From positions 640,001 to 704,000 of the forward strand of contig CAXXMU010000002.1 of assembly GCA_963667785.2 (NCBI GenBank): a DNA stretch of 64,000 nt, written 5' to 3'. Shown in pieces: positions 19,838 through 29,373 of this stretch (its first letter is position 1; each line of letters begins with the position of its first letter). The notes under the pieces were generated by a model. It saw only the letters and a list, made by a program, of their open reading frames with translations, searched no databases and was not told where the DNA came from. The DNA is from Alphaproteobacteria bacterium (GTDB lineage Bacteria > Pseudomonadota > Alphaproteobacteria > UBA828). The translations under genes were made by a program, and so were the position numbers.

Positions 19838-21196
19838 TCAGGCGAGCGAGATGCCGGGGCGCTGCTCCAGGCGGCCGGCGTCGGCGGGCGTGAGGCCGAC
19901 CCGGATGCACGCCTCGTCGCCGTCGTCGGCGCGGTCCAGCACCTCGCCGTGGCGGTAGAGCCAGGCGAGCGTGGCGCCGTCGGCGTAGGGCACCCGCACC
20001 TCGACGATGCGCCGCGCCGCAGCCAGCCGCGCGTCGATCATGCCGATGACGTCCTCCATCCCGGTGCCGGTGAGCGCGGACGCCGCCACCCAGGCGCCGT
20101 TCCCGTCGCCCGCGCCGCCGTTCTCCCCGTCGCCGCCGTGCGCGAGGAGCGCGGCCCGCTGCCTCGGGTCCAGCAGGTCGAGCTTGTTGAGGACCTCGAC
20201 GACCCCGCTCCGCAGGCGGTCCTCGATCCCGAGCTCGGCGAGCACCTTCAGCACGTCCGCGCGCTGCTCGGCGCTGTCGGCATGGGCGCAGTCGCGCACG
20301 TGCACGATGAGGTCGGCGGCCACGACCTCCTCCAGCGTTGCCCGGAAGGCCGCCACGAGGTCGTGCGGCAGGTCGGAGACGAAGCCCACCGTGTCCGACA
20401 GGATCACGCGCAGGCCCGACGGCAGGACGAGCCCGCGCATGGTCGGATCGAGGGTGGCGAAGAGCTGGTCCTTGGCGTCGGTGGCCGCGCCCGTGAGGCG
20501 GTTGAAGAGCGTGGATTTGCCGGCGTTGGTGTAGCCCACCAGCGCGACCACGGGATAGGGAACCCGGCGCCGCGCCGCGCGGTGCAGGCCGCGGGTCCGC
20601 CTGACGCCGTCGAGCGCGCGCTCGAGGCGGCCGATGCGGGTGCGGATCTGGCGCCGGTCGGCCTCGATCTGGGTCTCGCCCGGCCCGCCCACGAAGCCGA
20701 GCCCGCCGCGCTGGCGCTCGAGGTGGGTCCACGAGCGCACCAGCCGGCTGCGCTGGTAGCGGAGAGCGGCGAGCTCTACCTGGAGCCGGCCCTCGCGGGT
20801 GCGGGCGCGGGCCGCGAAGATCTCCAGGATGAGCGCGGTGCGGTCAATCACCTTGCAGCGCCACGCCCGCTCAAGGTTGCGCTGCTGCACCGGGCTGAGC
20901 GCCCCGTCCACGACCACCAGCCCGATGCCGTCGGCGGAGACCGCGTCCGCCACCGCCTCCACCCGGCCCGGCCCGAAGAGCGTCGCCGGCCGCGGCCTCT
21001 GCACGGGCACGACGTCGGCCGCCACGATCTCGAGGTCGATGGCGCGGGCGAGGCTCACCGCCTCGACGAGACGGCCCTCGGGCTCGCGCGCAGGCTCGTT
21101 CGCGCGCACGCTGGCCGGCGCACGGGTCAGCGCCGGATGCAGGACCCAGGCGCGCGGCAGCGGCTTGCCGTTGCGAAGCGCGCGCGAGTCCGCCAC
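19838..21196 (-). CDS. hflX: GTPase HflX
   Basis: 'QQRNLE', 'GPGETQIE', GYTNAGKS, 'LFATLDPT', DTVGF, NKLD. Confidence 0.96.
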   Translation of the reverse strand: MADSRALRNGKPLPRAWVLHPALTRAPASVRANEPAREPEGRLVEAVSLARAIDLEIVAADVVPVQRPRPATLFGPGRVEAVADAVSADGIGLVVVDGALSPVQQRNLERAWRCKVIDRTALILEIFAARARTREGRLQVELAALRYQRSRLVRSWTHLERQRGGLGFVGGPGETQIEADRRQIRTRIGRLERALDGVRRTRGLHRAARRRVPYPVVALVGYTNAGKSTLFNRLTGAATDAKDQLFATLDPTMRGLVLPSGLRVILSDTVGFVSDLPHDLVAAFRATLEEVVAADLIVHVRDCAHADSAEQRADVLKVLAELGIEDRLRSGVVEVLNKLDLLDPRQRAALLAHGGDGENGGAGDGNGAWVAASALTGTGMEDVIGMIDARLAAARRIVEVRVPYADGATLAWLYRHGEVLDRADDGDEACIRVGLTPADAGRLEQRPGISLA

Positions 21197-21457
21197 CTAG
21201 GTGTCGTCCTCCTCCGACGGCTCCGTGCCTGGATCGAACAACTGGATCGGCTGAACCGGCATCACCGTGGAGATTGCGTGCTTGTAGACGAGCTGCGAAT
21301 GGTCGTCGCGCCTGAGCAGCACGCAGAAGTTGTCGAACCAGGTAATGATCCCCTGGAGCTTGACCCCGTTCACGAGAAAGATCGTGACCGGCAGCTTTCC
21401 TTTGCGCACGTGATTGAGGAAGACGTCCTGGAGATTGTGGGATCGAGTGCCAGTCAT
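21197..21457 (-). CDS. hfq: RNA chaperone Hfq
   Basis: 'LQDVFLN', '[10 protein letters not shown]', 'YKHAIST'; directly upstream of hflX. Confidence 0.97.
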   Translation of the reverse strand: MTGTRSHNLQDVFLNHVRKGKLPVTIFLVNGVKLQGIITWFDNFCVLLRRDDHSQLVYKHAISTVMPVQPIQLFDPGTEPSEEDDT

Positions 21458-21539
21458 GTGTTCCTCTACCCCTTTCCCGCCCCGTCACTCCGGATGCGGG
21501 CGCCGGGCACCACCGCACTTGACGGCACGCCCTGCTTGA

Positions 21540-22196
21540 CTATACGGCGATCCTGTGGCGCCGCAACAAACACTGCAGCGCCGCGTGGTCCGCGACCTGG
21601 TGATCCGGCGTGCACGCAAGGTCGCCGTCGCGCGGCGGGTCGCTGCCGACGATGACCGCGACGCAGGCCGAATTGCGGGCGCAGGTCACGTCGATGCCCG
21701 TGTCGCCGACATACCACACGTCCGCGCCGGGGCCGGCGCCCGTGCCCTCGAGAGCCAGCGCCACGGCCTCCGGCGCCGGCTTGTCGCGTGCCGCATCTTC
21801 GGCGCCGACGATGCGGCCGAAATAGCCGCTCCAGCCCAGATGCTCGGCCTCCTCGCGCACCAGGTCGCCCAGCTTGCTGCTCACCACCCCGAGAGGGACG
21901 CGGTTGCGCCGGAGCGCCTCCAGCGTGCCTGCCGCGCCGGCGAGCGGGCTCAGCAGGTCGAGGTGATGCGCCCGGTAGTGCCGGTAGAACGCGCGCTCGG
22001 CGCGCTCCGCGTCCGCCCCGAAGAGATCGGGAAACGAATCCCGCATCGAGCGACGCACCCACGCCTTCGTCTGGGCGAAGCTCCACGGCTCGCGCCCGAG
22101 GTCCTCGAAGGTCCGCCGCAGGCTCTCGTGGATGATCTCCCAGCTCGCGACGAGGGTGTTGTCCCAGTCGAAGAGGACGGCACGGGGCGGCGTCAA
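21540..22196 (-). CDS. HAD family hydrolase (phosphoglycolate phosphatase-like)
   Basis: DWDNTL motif I, 'KPAP', 'YVGDT'. Confidence 0.88.
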   Translation of the reverse strand: MTPPRAVLFDWDNTLVASWEIIHESLRRTFEDLGREPWSFAQTKAWVRRSMRDSFPDLFGADAERAERAFYRHYRAHHLDLLSPLAGAAGTLEALRRNRVPLGVVSSKLGDLVREEAEHLGWSGYFGRIVGAEDAARDKPAPEAVALALEGTGAGPGADVWYVGDTGIDVTCARNSACVAVIVGSDPPRDGDLACTPDHQVADHAALQCLLRRHRIAV

Positions 22197-23056
22197 CGGT
22201 TGGCGCGCCCGTTGCGGCAGTAGTCCAGGTAGAGCGCGCGCAGCTTTACTGTCACCGGGCCCGGCGCGCCGCTGCCGACCGTGTGGCCGTCGATGCTGAC
22301 GATGCCGCGCACGAAGGAGGTCGTGCTGGTGAGGAAGGCCTCGGGCGCGGCCTGCGCCTCCGCCAGCGTGAACGCACGCTCCGCCACCTCCAGCCCGGCC
22401 TCGCGGGCCAGCCCGATCACCCTCTGGCGGGTGATGCCGCCGAGGATGTTCGATTCGAGATCGCGGGTGACGACGCGCCCGGCGTCGTCCACGATCCAGG
22501 CGTTGGTGGACGAGCCTTCGGTGACACGACCCTCGGCATCGACGAACCAGGCCTCGTAGGCGCCCTGCTCGCGCGCGGCCTGCTTGGCGAGCACGTTGGG
22601 AAGCAGGGAGACGGACTTGACGTCGCAGCGCCCCCAGCGCCCGTCCGACATCGAGACCACCGCGACGCCGCCGTCGTCTGCCGCCGCCTCGGGCCAGCGG
22701 ACCGGGCGCGCTGTGAGCACGACCGCACCAATGGCCTCCTCCGGGAAGGGATGATCCCGCGCCGCAGCGCCGCGCGTGACCTGGAGATAGACCATGCCGT
22801 CCCGCACCCGGTTGCGGCGCAGCACCTCGCGGGTCACGAGCCTGAGCGCGCTGCGCGGAAGCGGCAGGTCCATCCGGAGCTCGGCGAGCGAGCGCTCCAG
22901 CCGGTCCAGGTGCGGCTCCTCGTCGATGACGCGGCCGTCGCAGACGGCGGCGACCTCGTAGACGCCGTCGGAGAACTGGTATCCCCGGTCCTCGACGTGG
23001 ACCTGGGCGTCGTCGTGCCGCAGGTAGCGGCCGTTCACGTAGGCGATGCGGGACAT
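22193..23056 (-). CDS. dat: D-amino-acid transaminase (PLP fold type IV)
   Basis: 'EDRGYQFSDGVYE', 'QVTRG', 'KSVSLLPN', 'EGSSTN', 'ILGGITR'. Confidence 0.88.
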   Translation of the reverse strand: MSRIAYVNGRYLRHDDAQVHVEDRGYQFSDGVYEVAAVCDGRVIDEEPHLDRLERSLAELRMDLPLPRSALRLVTREVLRRNRVRDGMVYLQVTRGAAARDHPFPEEAIGAVVLTARPVRWPEAAADDGGVAVVSMSDGRWGRCDVKSVSLLPNVLAKQAAREQGAYEAWFVDAEGRVTEGSSTNAWIVDDAGRVVTRDLESNILGGITRQRVIGLAREAGLEVAERAFTLAEAQAAPEAFLTSTTSFVRGIVSIDGHTVGSGAPGPVTVKLRALYLDYCRNGRANR

Positions 23057-23068
23057 GCCGGCCTCCGG

Positions 23069-24445
23069 TCAGATGAACTCCAGGCTCACGGCGAAGAGCT
23101 GCTCGATCTTCTTCACCGCGCGCGCCGCCGCCAGGATCACGACCCGGTCATGCTCCTGGATCACCGTGCTCGGACGCGGAATGATGACCTCGTCGTTGCG
23201 CAGGATCGCGCCGACGATCATGCCGGCGGGCAGCTTGGCCTCGCCCAGCGCATGGCCGACCATGGGAGAGGTCCCCAGCGCCTCGGCCTCGATGATCTCG
23301 GCGGCACCGTCCCGGATCGAGTGGACCGCCAGGATGCGGCCGCGCCGGATGCGCTGCAGGATGGTGGAGACCGTCGATTCGCGCGGGCTCACCGCCACGT
23401 CGACGCCGAGGCTGCCCATCAGCGGCCCATAGCTCGAATTGTTGACCAGCGAGATCGCGGTCCGGCAGCCCGCGCGCTTGGCCAACAGCGCCGCCAGGAT
23501 GTTCACCTCGTCGTCGTTGGAGACGGCGATCACCGCCTCGGCGAGCCCGATGTTGATCTCGATGAAGATCTCCGCATCCAGCGCGTCGCCGCGGATGACG
23601 GTGGTGTGGCCGAGCTGCTCCGCCAGGAAGTGCGCGCGCTCCTCGCGCAGCTCGACGATCTTGAGGTCGAGTCCCGGATGGCCGGTCTCCAGCTCCCGCG
23701 TGAGGAAGTAGCCGATGTTGCCGCCGCCGATGATGACCACCCGGCGCGCCTCCGGCTCCTCGTGCCCGAAGACGGCCATGCCCCGCGAGACGTGCTCCGA
23801 ATCGACGGCGAAGTACACCTCGTCGCCGATCAGCATCTGGTCGTCGCCGCGCGGCACCATGAGGCGCGAATCCCGGCTGATGGCGAGGACCGTGATGTTG
23901 AGGTCGGGAAAGAGCTCGGTGAGCTGGCGCAGCGGCGTGTTGATGATGGGGCAGCCTTCCTCGCAGCGCACCGCGATCACCCGCACGCGGCCGCCGCCGA
24001 AAGGCAGCATGTCGAGGGCGCCCGGCACCTGCAGCCGGCGCTCGATGGCGCGGGCGACCTCGATCTCGGGCGAGATGATGAGGTCGATCGGCATATTGTC
24101 GGCGCTATAGAGGTCCGCCCAGGCGGGATTGAGGTAGCTCTGGTGGCGCACGCGCGCGATCTTCTCCGGCACGTCGAAGAGCGAATGGGCGACCTGGCAG
24201 GCCACCATGTTGACCTCGTCGGAGTGGGTGACGGCGACGATCATGTCGGCGGTCTTGGCGCCCGCCGCCTCGAGCACGTCGGGCAGCGACGCGTTGCCGA
24301 CGATCGCCCGCGCGTCCACCGAGTCCGAGAGCCGCTGCACGACCGTGCGGTCACTGTCGATCACGGTCACGTCGTTGGCCTCGTTCGCGAGCTGGCGGGC
24401 GATGCTCGAGCCGACCTGGCCGGCGCCGCAGACGATGATCTTCAT
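23069..24445 (-). CDS. trkA: Trk potassium uptake regulatory subunit TrkA
   Basis: 'MKIIVCGAGQVG', two RCK units with GxGxxG; ATGA overlap with ntrX. Confidence 0.94.
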   Translation of the reverse strand: MKIIVCGAGQVGSSIARQLANEANDVTVIDSDRTVVQRLSDSVDARAIVGNASLPDVLEAAGAKTADMIVAVTHSDEVNMVACQVAHSLFDVPEKIARVRHQSYLNPAWADLYSADNMPIDLIISPEIEVARAIERRLQVPGALDMLPFGGGRVRVIAVRCEEGCPIINTPLRQLTELFPDLNITVLAISRDSRLMVPRGDDQMLIGDEVYFAVDSEHVSRGMAVFGHEEPEARRVVIIGGGNIGYFLTRELETGHPGLDLKIVELREERAHFLAEQLGHTTVIRGDALDAEIFIEINIGLAEAVIAVSNDDEVNILAALLAKRAGCRTAISLVNNSSYGPLMGSLGVDVAVSPRESTVSTILQRIRRGRILAVHSIRDGAAEIIEAEALGTSPMVGHALGEAKLPAGMIVGAILRNDEVIIPRPSTVIQEHDRVVILAAARAVKKIEQLFAVSLEFI

Positions 24446-25893
24446 GGGCCGTCCGGCCGGCCGTTGCCGCCCGCAGCCCCCTTGCCGCGGCTCTCGCCCG
24501 CGCCCGGCTCGCGGTCGAGCACCCCGAGCGAGCGGAGCTTGCGGTGGAGCGCCGAGCGCTCCATGCCGACGAACTGGGCGGTGCGCGAGATGTTGCCGCC
24601 GAAGCGCGCGACCTGGGCGTTGAGGTAGTCCCGCTCGAACTGGCGGCGGGCGTCGCGCAGCGGCAGCATCATCATGTCGGCCTGGCCGGGCAGCGAATCC
24701 GCGTGGCCGGTCGCCGGCCCCAGCGCCGCCGGGATCATGTCGGCGCCGATCGACTGGCCGGGCGCGGCCTGCGCCATGATGAGCAGCCATTCGACGAAGT
24801 TGCGGAGCTGGCGCACGTTGCCCGGCCAGTCGAACGACTGCAGCATCGCCATCGCGTCGTCGCCGATCTCGCGCGGGGGGGAGCCGGCGCTTCCCGCCAC
24901 CTGGTCGATGAAGAAGCGCGCGAGCGCGGGGATGTCCTCGCGCCGGTCGCGCAGCGCGGGCACCTCGATGGGGCTGACCAGCAGCCGGTAGTAGAGGTCG
25001 CTGCGGAAGCGGCCCTGGGCGATCTCCGTCTCCATGTCGCGCGTGGTCGCCGCCATGACGCGGATGTCGACCTCGATCTGCTGCGAGCCGCCCTCGCGCT
25101 CGAAGGTGTGCGCCTGCAGGGCGCGGGCGATCTTGCCCTGGGTCTCCAGCGGCATGTCGGCGATCTCGTCGAAGAAGAGGGTGCCGCCGTGGGCGCGTTC
25201 GAAGGTCCCGATCTTGCGCGAGCGCGCGGCGCCGCGCCCTTCTCCCTCGCTGCCGAACAGCTCCATCTCGACGTGGTCGGGCCGCATCATCGCGGCGTTG
25301 GCCACCACGAAGGGGCCGGCGGAGCGGCGCGAAAGGCGGTGGACGAGGCGCGCGACCAGCTCCTTTCCCGAGCCGGCCGGACCGGAGATGAAGATGCGCC
25401 TGTCGGTCGGCGCCGCGCGCTCGGCCGCCATGCGGGTCTGCCTGATGGCCGCCGACGAGCCGATCAGCTCCGTCATCGTGTTGGTGCGCTGCTTCAGCTC
25501 GGCGACCTCGCGCCTGAGCTCCGCCGCCTCCAGCGCGCGCGCGACCGTGAGCAGCAGCCGGTCGCTGTCGAGCGGCTTCTCGATGAACTCGTAGGCCCCC
25601 TTCTTGATGGCCGTGACCGCGGTGTCGATGGTGCCGTGCCCGCTGATCATGATGATCGGCACCTCGGGGTGGCTATGGGTCACCGCCTCCAGCACGTCCA
25701 TGCCGTCGAGCTCGCTCCCCTCCAGCCAGACATCGAGGATGAGGAGCGCCGGCGGCGGCCCGGAATCGATCGCAGCCAGCGCGGCCGCGCCATCGGCCGC
25801 GTCGCGCGGCGCGTAGCCGCCGTCCTCGAGGATGCCGGCCACCGATTTGCGGATATAGGCCTCGTCGTCGACGATCAGGATGTCGCGGAGCAT
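24442..25893 (-). CDS. ntrX: Response regulator NtrX (REC-AAA+-HTH)
   Basis: REC domain; Walker A GPAGSGKE; no GAFTGA motif; HTH 'GNISRTAQFVGMERSALHRKL'. Confidence 0.93.
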   Translation of the reverse strand: MLRDILIVDDEAYIRKSVAGILEDGGYAPRDAADGAAALAAIDSGPPPALLILDVWLEGSELDGMDVLEAVTHSHPEVPIIMISGHGTIDTAVTAIKKGAYEFIEKPLDSDRLLLTVARALEAAELRREVAELKQRTNTMTELIGSSAAIRQTRMAAERAAPTDRRIFISGPAGSGKELVARLVHRLSRRSAGPFVVANAAMMRPDHVEMELFGSEGEGRGAARSRKIGTFERAHGGTLFFDEIADMPLETQGKIARALQAHTFEREGGSQQIEVDIRVMAATTRDMETEIAQGRFRSDLYYRLLVSPIEVPALRDRREDIPALARFFIDQVAGSAGSPPREIGDDAMAMLQSFDWPGNVRQLRNFVEWLLIMAQAAPGQSIGADMIPAALGPATGHADSLPGQADMMMLPLRDARRQFERDYLNAQVARFGGNISRTAQFVGMERSALHRKLRSLGVLDREPGAGESRGKGAAGGNGRPDGP

Positions 25894-28163
25894 CAGCTCT
25901 CACCGCCCGTGGAGGAGACACGATCCGTCACGCCGCCGGCGAAGACGAGCGTGACGAGGGCGCCGCCGCCGGCCCCGTTCTCCAGGACCAGCCTGCCGCC
26001 GTGATCCTCCATGATTCGCCGCACGATGGCGAGGCCGAGCCCGGTGCCGCCCTCGCGGTTGGTGACGTAGGGCTCGGTCAGCCTCTCCTTCGGCGTCGCC
26101 GGCAGGCCCGGCCCGTCGTCCTCGATCTCGACCCGCCAGTGCCCGTCCGCCTCGCGCAGGCGGATGACGATGTGCCCGGCCGGACTCGCGTCGGTTTCCC
26201 GGCTCTCGATGGCCTCGATCGCGTTCTTGAGCACGTTGGTGAGCGCCCGGCCGATCTGGCGGGGATCGCACTCGATCTCCACCGGGCCCTCGGGCCGCTC
26301 GATCTCGAAGACGACCTCGGGGCTCGCCACCCGGTGCAGGACCACGGCCCGCTCCACGGTATCGATCAGGTCGACCCGCTCCGGCACCGGCGCCGGCATC
26401 CGCGCGAAGGAAGAGAACGCGTCGATCATCTGGCGTATGTCGCCGACCTGGCGGACGATGGTATCGGTGCAGTCCTCGAACACGTCCGGCTGGGTGCGGA
26501 CCTCGCCGAGATAGCGGCGCTTGAGCCGCTGCGCCGAGAGCTGGATCGGCGTCAGCGGGTTCTTGATCTCGTGGGCGATGCGTTGCGCGACGTCGGCCCA
26601 GGCCGCCCGCCGCTGGGCCGAGACCAGCGCGGTGATGTCGTCGAAGGTGACGACGAAGCCGTCGATCTGCTGGTCTGCCCGCTCGGTCACGATGCGCACG
26701 AGCAGGGTGCGGCGATGCTCGCCCCGCACCAGCTCGACGTGGTCCTCCACCAGCGGCTGCTGCGGCTGCGCCCGCGCGCTGGCCAGCAGCTCGGCCATCT
26801 CGGGAATCGCCTCCTCGAGCGGATGGCCGGTGAGCGCGGCCGCATCGGCGCCCAGCAGGGCGAGCGCGGACGGGTTCGGCAGCGTGATCCGCCCGTCCGC
26901 GTCCAGCCCGATGACCCCGGCCGAGACGCCGGCGAGCACGGCCTCGGTGAACCGCCGCCGCTCGTCGAGCTCTAGGTTGGCGTCCTGCAGCGCCTGCTGC
27001 TGGCTGTGGATCTGGCCGGTCATCCGGTTGAAGGCGCGGCTGAGGGAGCCGAACTCGTCGTCCCGCCCGGGCTCGTCGACGCGTGCCGCAAGCTCGCCGG
27101 CGCGGACCCGGTCGGCGGCGGCGACGAGGCCGCTGATCGGATAGGCGATGCGGTTGGCGAAGATCAGCCCCAGCCACACCGCGGACAGCAGGACCAGGAG
27201 CGCCACCACGATGAAGATCATCACGAAGGTGATCTGGATGCCGTAGCGCTCCTCCTCGAGGCGCTGGTAGTCCCTCACCGCGGTGTGGATCTGCCGCGTG
27301 TGGGCGACCACCTCGCGCTCCAGCGAGCGCGTGACGTAGAGATAGGCGTCGACGAAGCTGGTGAGCCTGATGAGGGCGCGCACGCGGTCGTCGTCGGCCG
27401 GCAGGATCACCAGGCGCCCGTCGGACGCCGCATCCATGGCCCAGTCCGGCGCGGGCGTGAGGTCGAGGCTCAGGCTCTGGCTGTTGCGCGCCAGGATGTC
27501 TCCGTTGCGGCGCGTCACGATCGCCTCGGACAGCGTGAGCGCGTTCACTGTCTCGTCCAGGAGGCGGGGCATGAGCTGCGGATCCCGCGCCACGCGGACG
27601 ACCTCGCCGTTCAGCCTCAGCGCCGCCGCCAGGGTGCTGACGCGAATGCCGTCGTTCTGCTCCTGCACGTAGGTCTGGGCGACGATGAGCGAGCGGTCGA
27701 GCGCGCTCGACACCTTCTCGCTGAACCAGGACTGCATGCCGAAATGGAGGAAGAGCGCCGAGAACACGGCGACCACGATGGTGGGCGTCATGGCGACCAG
27801 GCTGAACAGCGTCGCCATGCGCGTGTGCAGGCGCGCGCCTGCCCTGCCGCGGCGACGCTCGATCCAGAGTCGCACCAGCCGCGAGGCGACCAGCGCGCCG
27901 AGGCCCAGCAGAAGCACGAGATCGACGTTGAGCAGGATCAGGATGTTCTGCGGGTCAGGGCCGAAGGGCGCCGATCCGCTCATGGCGACGTAGGTCAGCG
28001 CGCCGGAGATCACCGCGGCGGAGGTCAGCCCGATGGCGAGCATCCGAGGCAGGTCGCGGCGCCGCGACCACGCCAGGAAGCGTCGCCGCCAGGCGGCGTC
28101 CGCAAAGCTGCGGACCGCCCGCCGGCCGGACGCCTCCGTGCCGGGCAGCGCCTCGTCAGCCAT
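25893..28163 (-). CDS. ntrY: Sensor histidine kinase NtrY
   Basis: Transmembrane segments, HAMP, PAS, 'AWADVAQRIAHEIKNPLTPIQLSA', 'DDGPG', 'GTGLGL'; upstream of ntrX. Confidence 0.93.
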   Translation of the reverse strand: MADEALPGTEASGRRAVRSFADAAWRRRFLAWSRRRDLPRMLAIGLTSAAVISGALTYVAMSGSAPFGPDPQNILILLNVDLVLLLGLGALVASRLVRLWIERRRGRAGARLHTRMATLFSLVAMTPTIVVAVFSALFLHFGMQSWFSEKVSSALDRSLIVAQTYVQEQNDGIRVSTLAAALRLNGEVVRVARDPQLMPRLLDETVNALTLSEAIVTRRNGDILARNSQSLSLDLTPAPDWAMDAASDGRLVILPADDDRVRALIRLTSFVDAYLYVTRSLEREVVAHTRQIHTAVRDYQRLEEERYGIQITFVMIFIVVALLVLLSAVWLGLIFANRIAYPISGLVAAADRVRAGELAARVDEPGRDDEFGSLSRAFNRMTGQIHSQQQALQDANLELDERRRFTEAVLAGVSAGVIGLDADGRITLPNPSALALLGADAAALTGHPLEEAIPEMAELLASARAQPQQPLVEDHVELVRGEHRRTLLVRIVTERADQQIDGFVVTFDDITALVSAQRRAAWADVAQRIAHEIKNPLTPIQLSAQRLKRRYLGEVRTQPDVFEDCTDTIVRQVGDIRQMIDAFSSFARMPAPVPERVDLIDTVERAVVLHRVASPEVVFEIERPEGPVEIECDPRQIGRALTNVLKNAIEAIESRETDASPAGHIVIRLREADGHWRVEIEDDGPGLPATPKERLTEPYVTNREGGTGLGLAIVRRIMEDHGGRLVLENGAGGGALVTLVFAGGVTDRVSSTGGES

Positions 28164-28212
28164 CGTCAGTCACCGTCAGCCGCCGCGTCGCGCTTCGGCA
28201 CCCCGAGCGGCG

Positions 28213-28572
28213 TCAGGCGACCGTCTCGCCGCCGGGCGGGCCGTAGAACACCACCCAGACGTAGAGGTCGTCGCTGAAGTCCTCGAAGCGGTGCTCGGCC
28301 CCGGCGGGGACGAACAGCACGTCGCCGGGTTGGAAGGGATGGCGCGCCGGGCCGTTGCGGAAGGTTCCGCGGCCGCTCATCACCACGTAGACCTCGTCCT
28401 GGTCGTGGGGCTGCTGCGTGTCCTCCCCGCGCGGCGCGTAGAGGCCGACACGGAGGGTCCCGCGGGTCATCAGCTCGGCCCAGGGCCTGCTGCCCGGCGG
28501 CCCCTCCGCCAGCGCGGCGACGGCGCGGGCCAGCGTGACGTGGCCGGGCGCCTCCGTCGGCGTGTCGCTCAT
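28213..28572 (-). CDS. Cupin domain protein
   Basis: 'QQPHDQDEVYVV', 'GDVLFVPAGAEHRF', 'WVVFYGP'. Confidence 0.85.
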   Translation of the reverse strand: MSDTPTEAPGHVTLARAVAALAEGPPGSRPWAELMTRGTLRVGLYAPRGEDTQQPHDQDEVYVVMSGRGTFRNGPARHPFQPGDVLFVPAGAEHRFEDFSDDLYVWVVFYGPPGGETVA

Positions 28573-28614
28573 GCGCTCCTTCCTCTCCCGCGGCGGCAGA
28601 GCCGCGCCGGCCGC

Positions 28615-29022
28615 TCAGCCGGCGTCGTCCCAGACCCAGGCGATCTGCTCGGTGTCCTCGTACGCCTGCCAGTGGACGATGGCGCCGCCGACGATGCGGA
28701 AGTACCAGGCGGTCTCCTGATGCAGCAGCCGGCCGGTGTTCTTGGCGGCCGAGGTCTCGTCGATGAGCACCATGACGTGCTCGCCCTCGCCGAACATCAG
28801 CGTCACCGTATGGTCGCGGATGTCGAGCAGCGCGCCGATGGCGCTGAAGCACTGCTTGATCGGCTCCCGCCCCTGCCAGCGCCCGGCCCAGGCGACCCTG
28901 AACGAGCCGGGCAGGACCACGACAGCGTCCTCCGCCAGCAGGCTCATCATCGTCTGGCCGTCGCCGCCCTTGATCGCCGTCAGGAACTGCTGAACGACGC
29001 CCTTGGCTCCGTCGTCTGCCAT
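28615..29022 (-). CDS. NTF2/SnoaL-like family protein
   Basis: 'LLAEDAV', 'WAGRWQG', C-terminal 'YEDT'; ATG at 29022 follows a purine-rich RBS. Confidence 0.75.
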   Translation of the reverse strand: MADDGAKGVVQQFLTAIKGGDGQTMMSLLAEDAVVVLPGSFRVAWAGRWQGREPIKQCFSAIGALLDIRDHTVTLMFGEGEHVMVLIDETSAAKNTGRLLHQETAWYFRIVGGAIVHWQAYEDTEQIAWVWDDAG

Positions 29023-29171
29023 GGTCCTTGCCTCCCTGCCGTGGATGTTCCCCGGCGCTGGCTCGCGACTGCCCGTCGCCGCCTGCCGCCCATATTGCAC
29101 CCGCGCCCGAGTGCTGTATACAGGGCCGGCCGCCACGGCCAGCTCACCGGAGAGGCCCGCGCATGGCCCGC

Positions 29172-29372
29172 ATGGCCAGCATCACCCCCGATCTCATCGT
29201 CGCCCAGGCGACGGCAGCGGGCCGTACCCCGCCGGGCGCAGACCGCGCGGCGGCGCTCGCCGAGGCGGTGGGACTGCTGGTGCGGGCGGCCGACGAGGCG
29301 GCGGCGGAGCTGCGCTTCGAGGCCGAGCCCGCGCAGGTGCTCACGGCCATGGACGAGACGGCCTCGGGCTGA
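29172..29372 (+). CDS. Small protein preceding the amidase (possible AtzG/GatC-like partner)
   Basis: ~66 aa, helical, 'LRFEAEPA' near the C-terminus; stop lies 1 nt before the amidase ATG. Confidence 0.55.
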   Translation: MASITPDLIVAQATAAGRTPPGADRAAALAEAVGLLVRAADEAAAELRFEAEPAQVLTAMDETASG

Positions 29373-29373
29373 G

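Noticed and set aside
24446-24790. N-terminal extension of TrkA (and similar extensions of the CoxL-like, MgtE, TauD and 43888 hydrolase ORFs)
   Set aside because: They overlap neighbouring genes, and family homology begins at the downstream starts used above
24442-25893. Missing GAFTGA motif as a novelty
   Set aside because: A known feature of alphaproteobacterial NtrX
28033-29373. Apparent ~450-aa N-terminal extension of the amidase
   Set aside because: Overlaps real opposite-strand genes; open only because of high GC; the amidase starts at 29374
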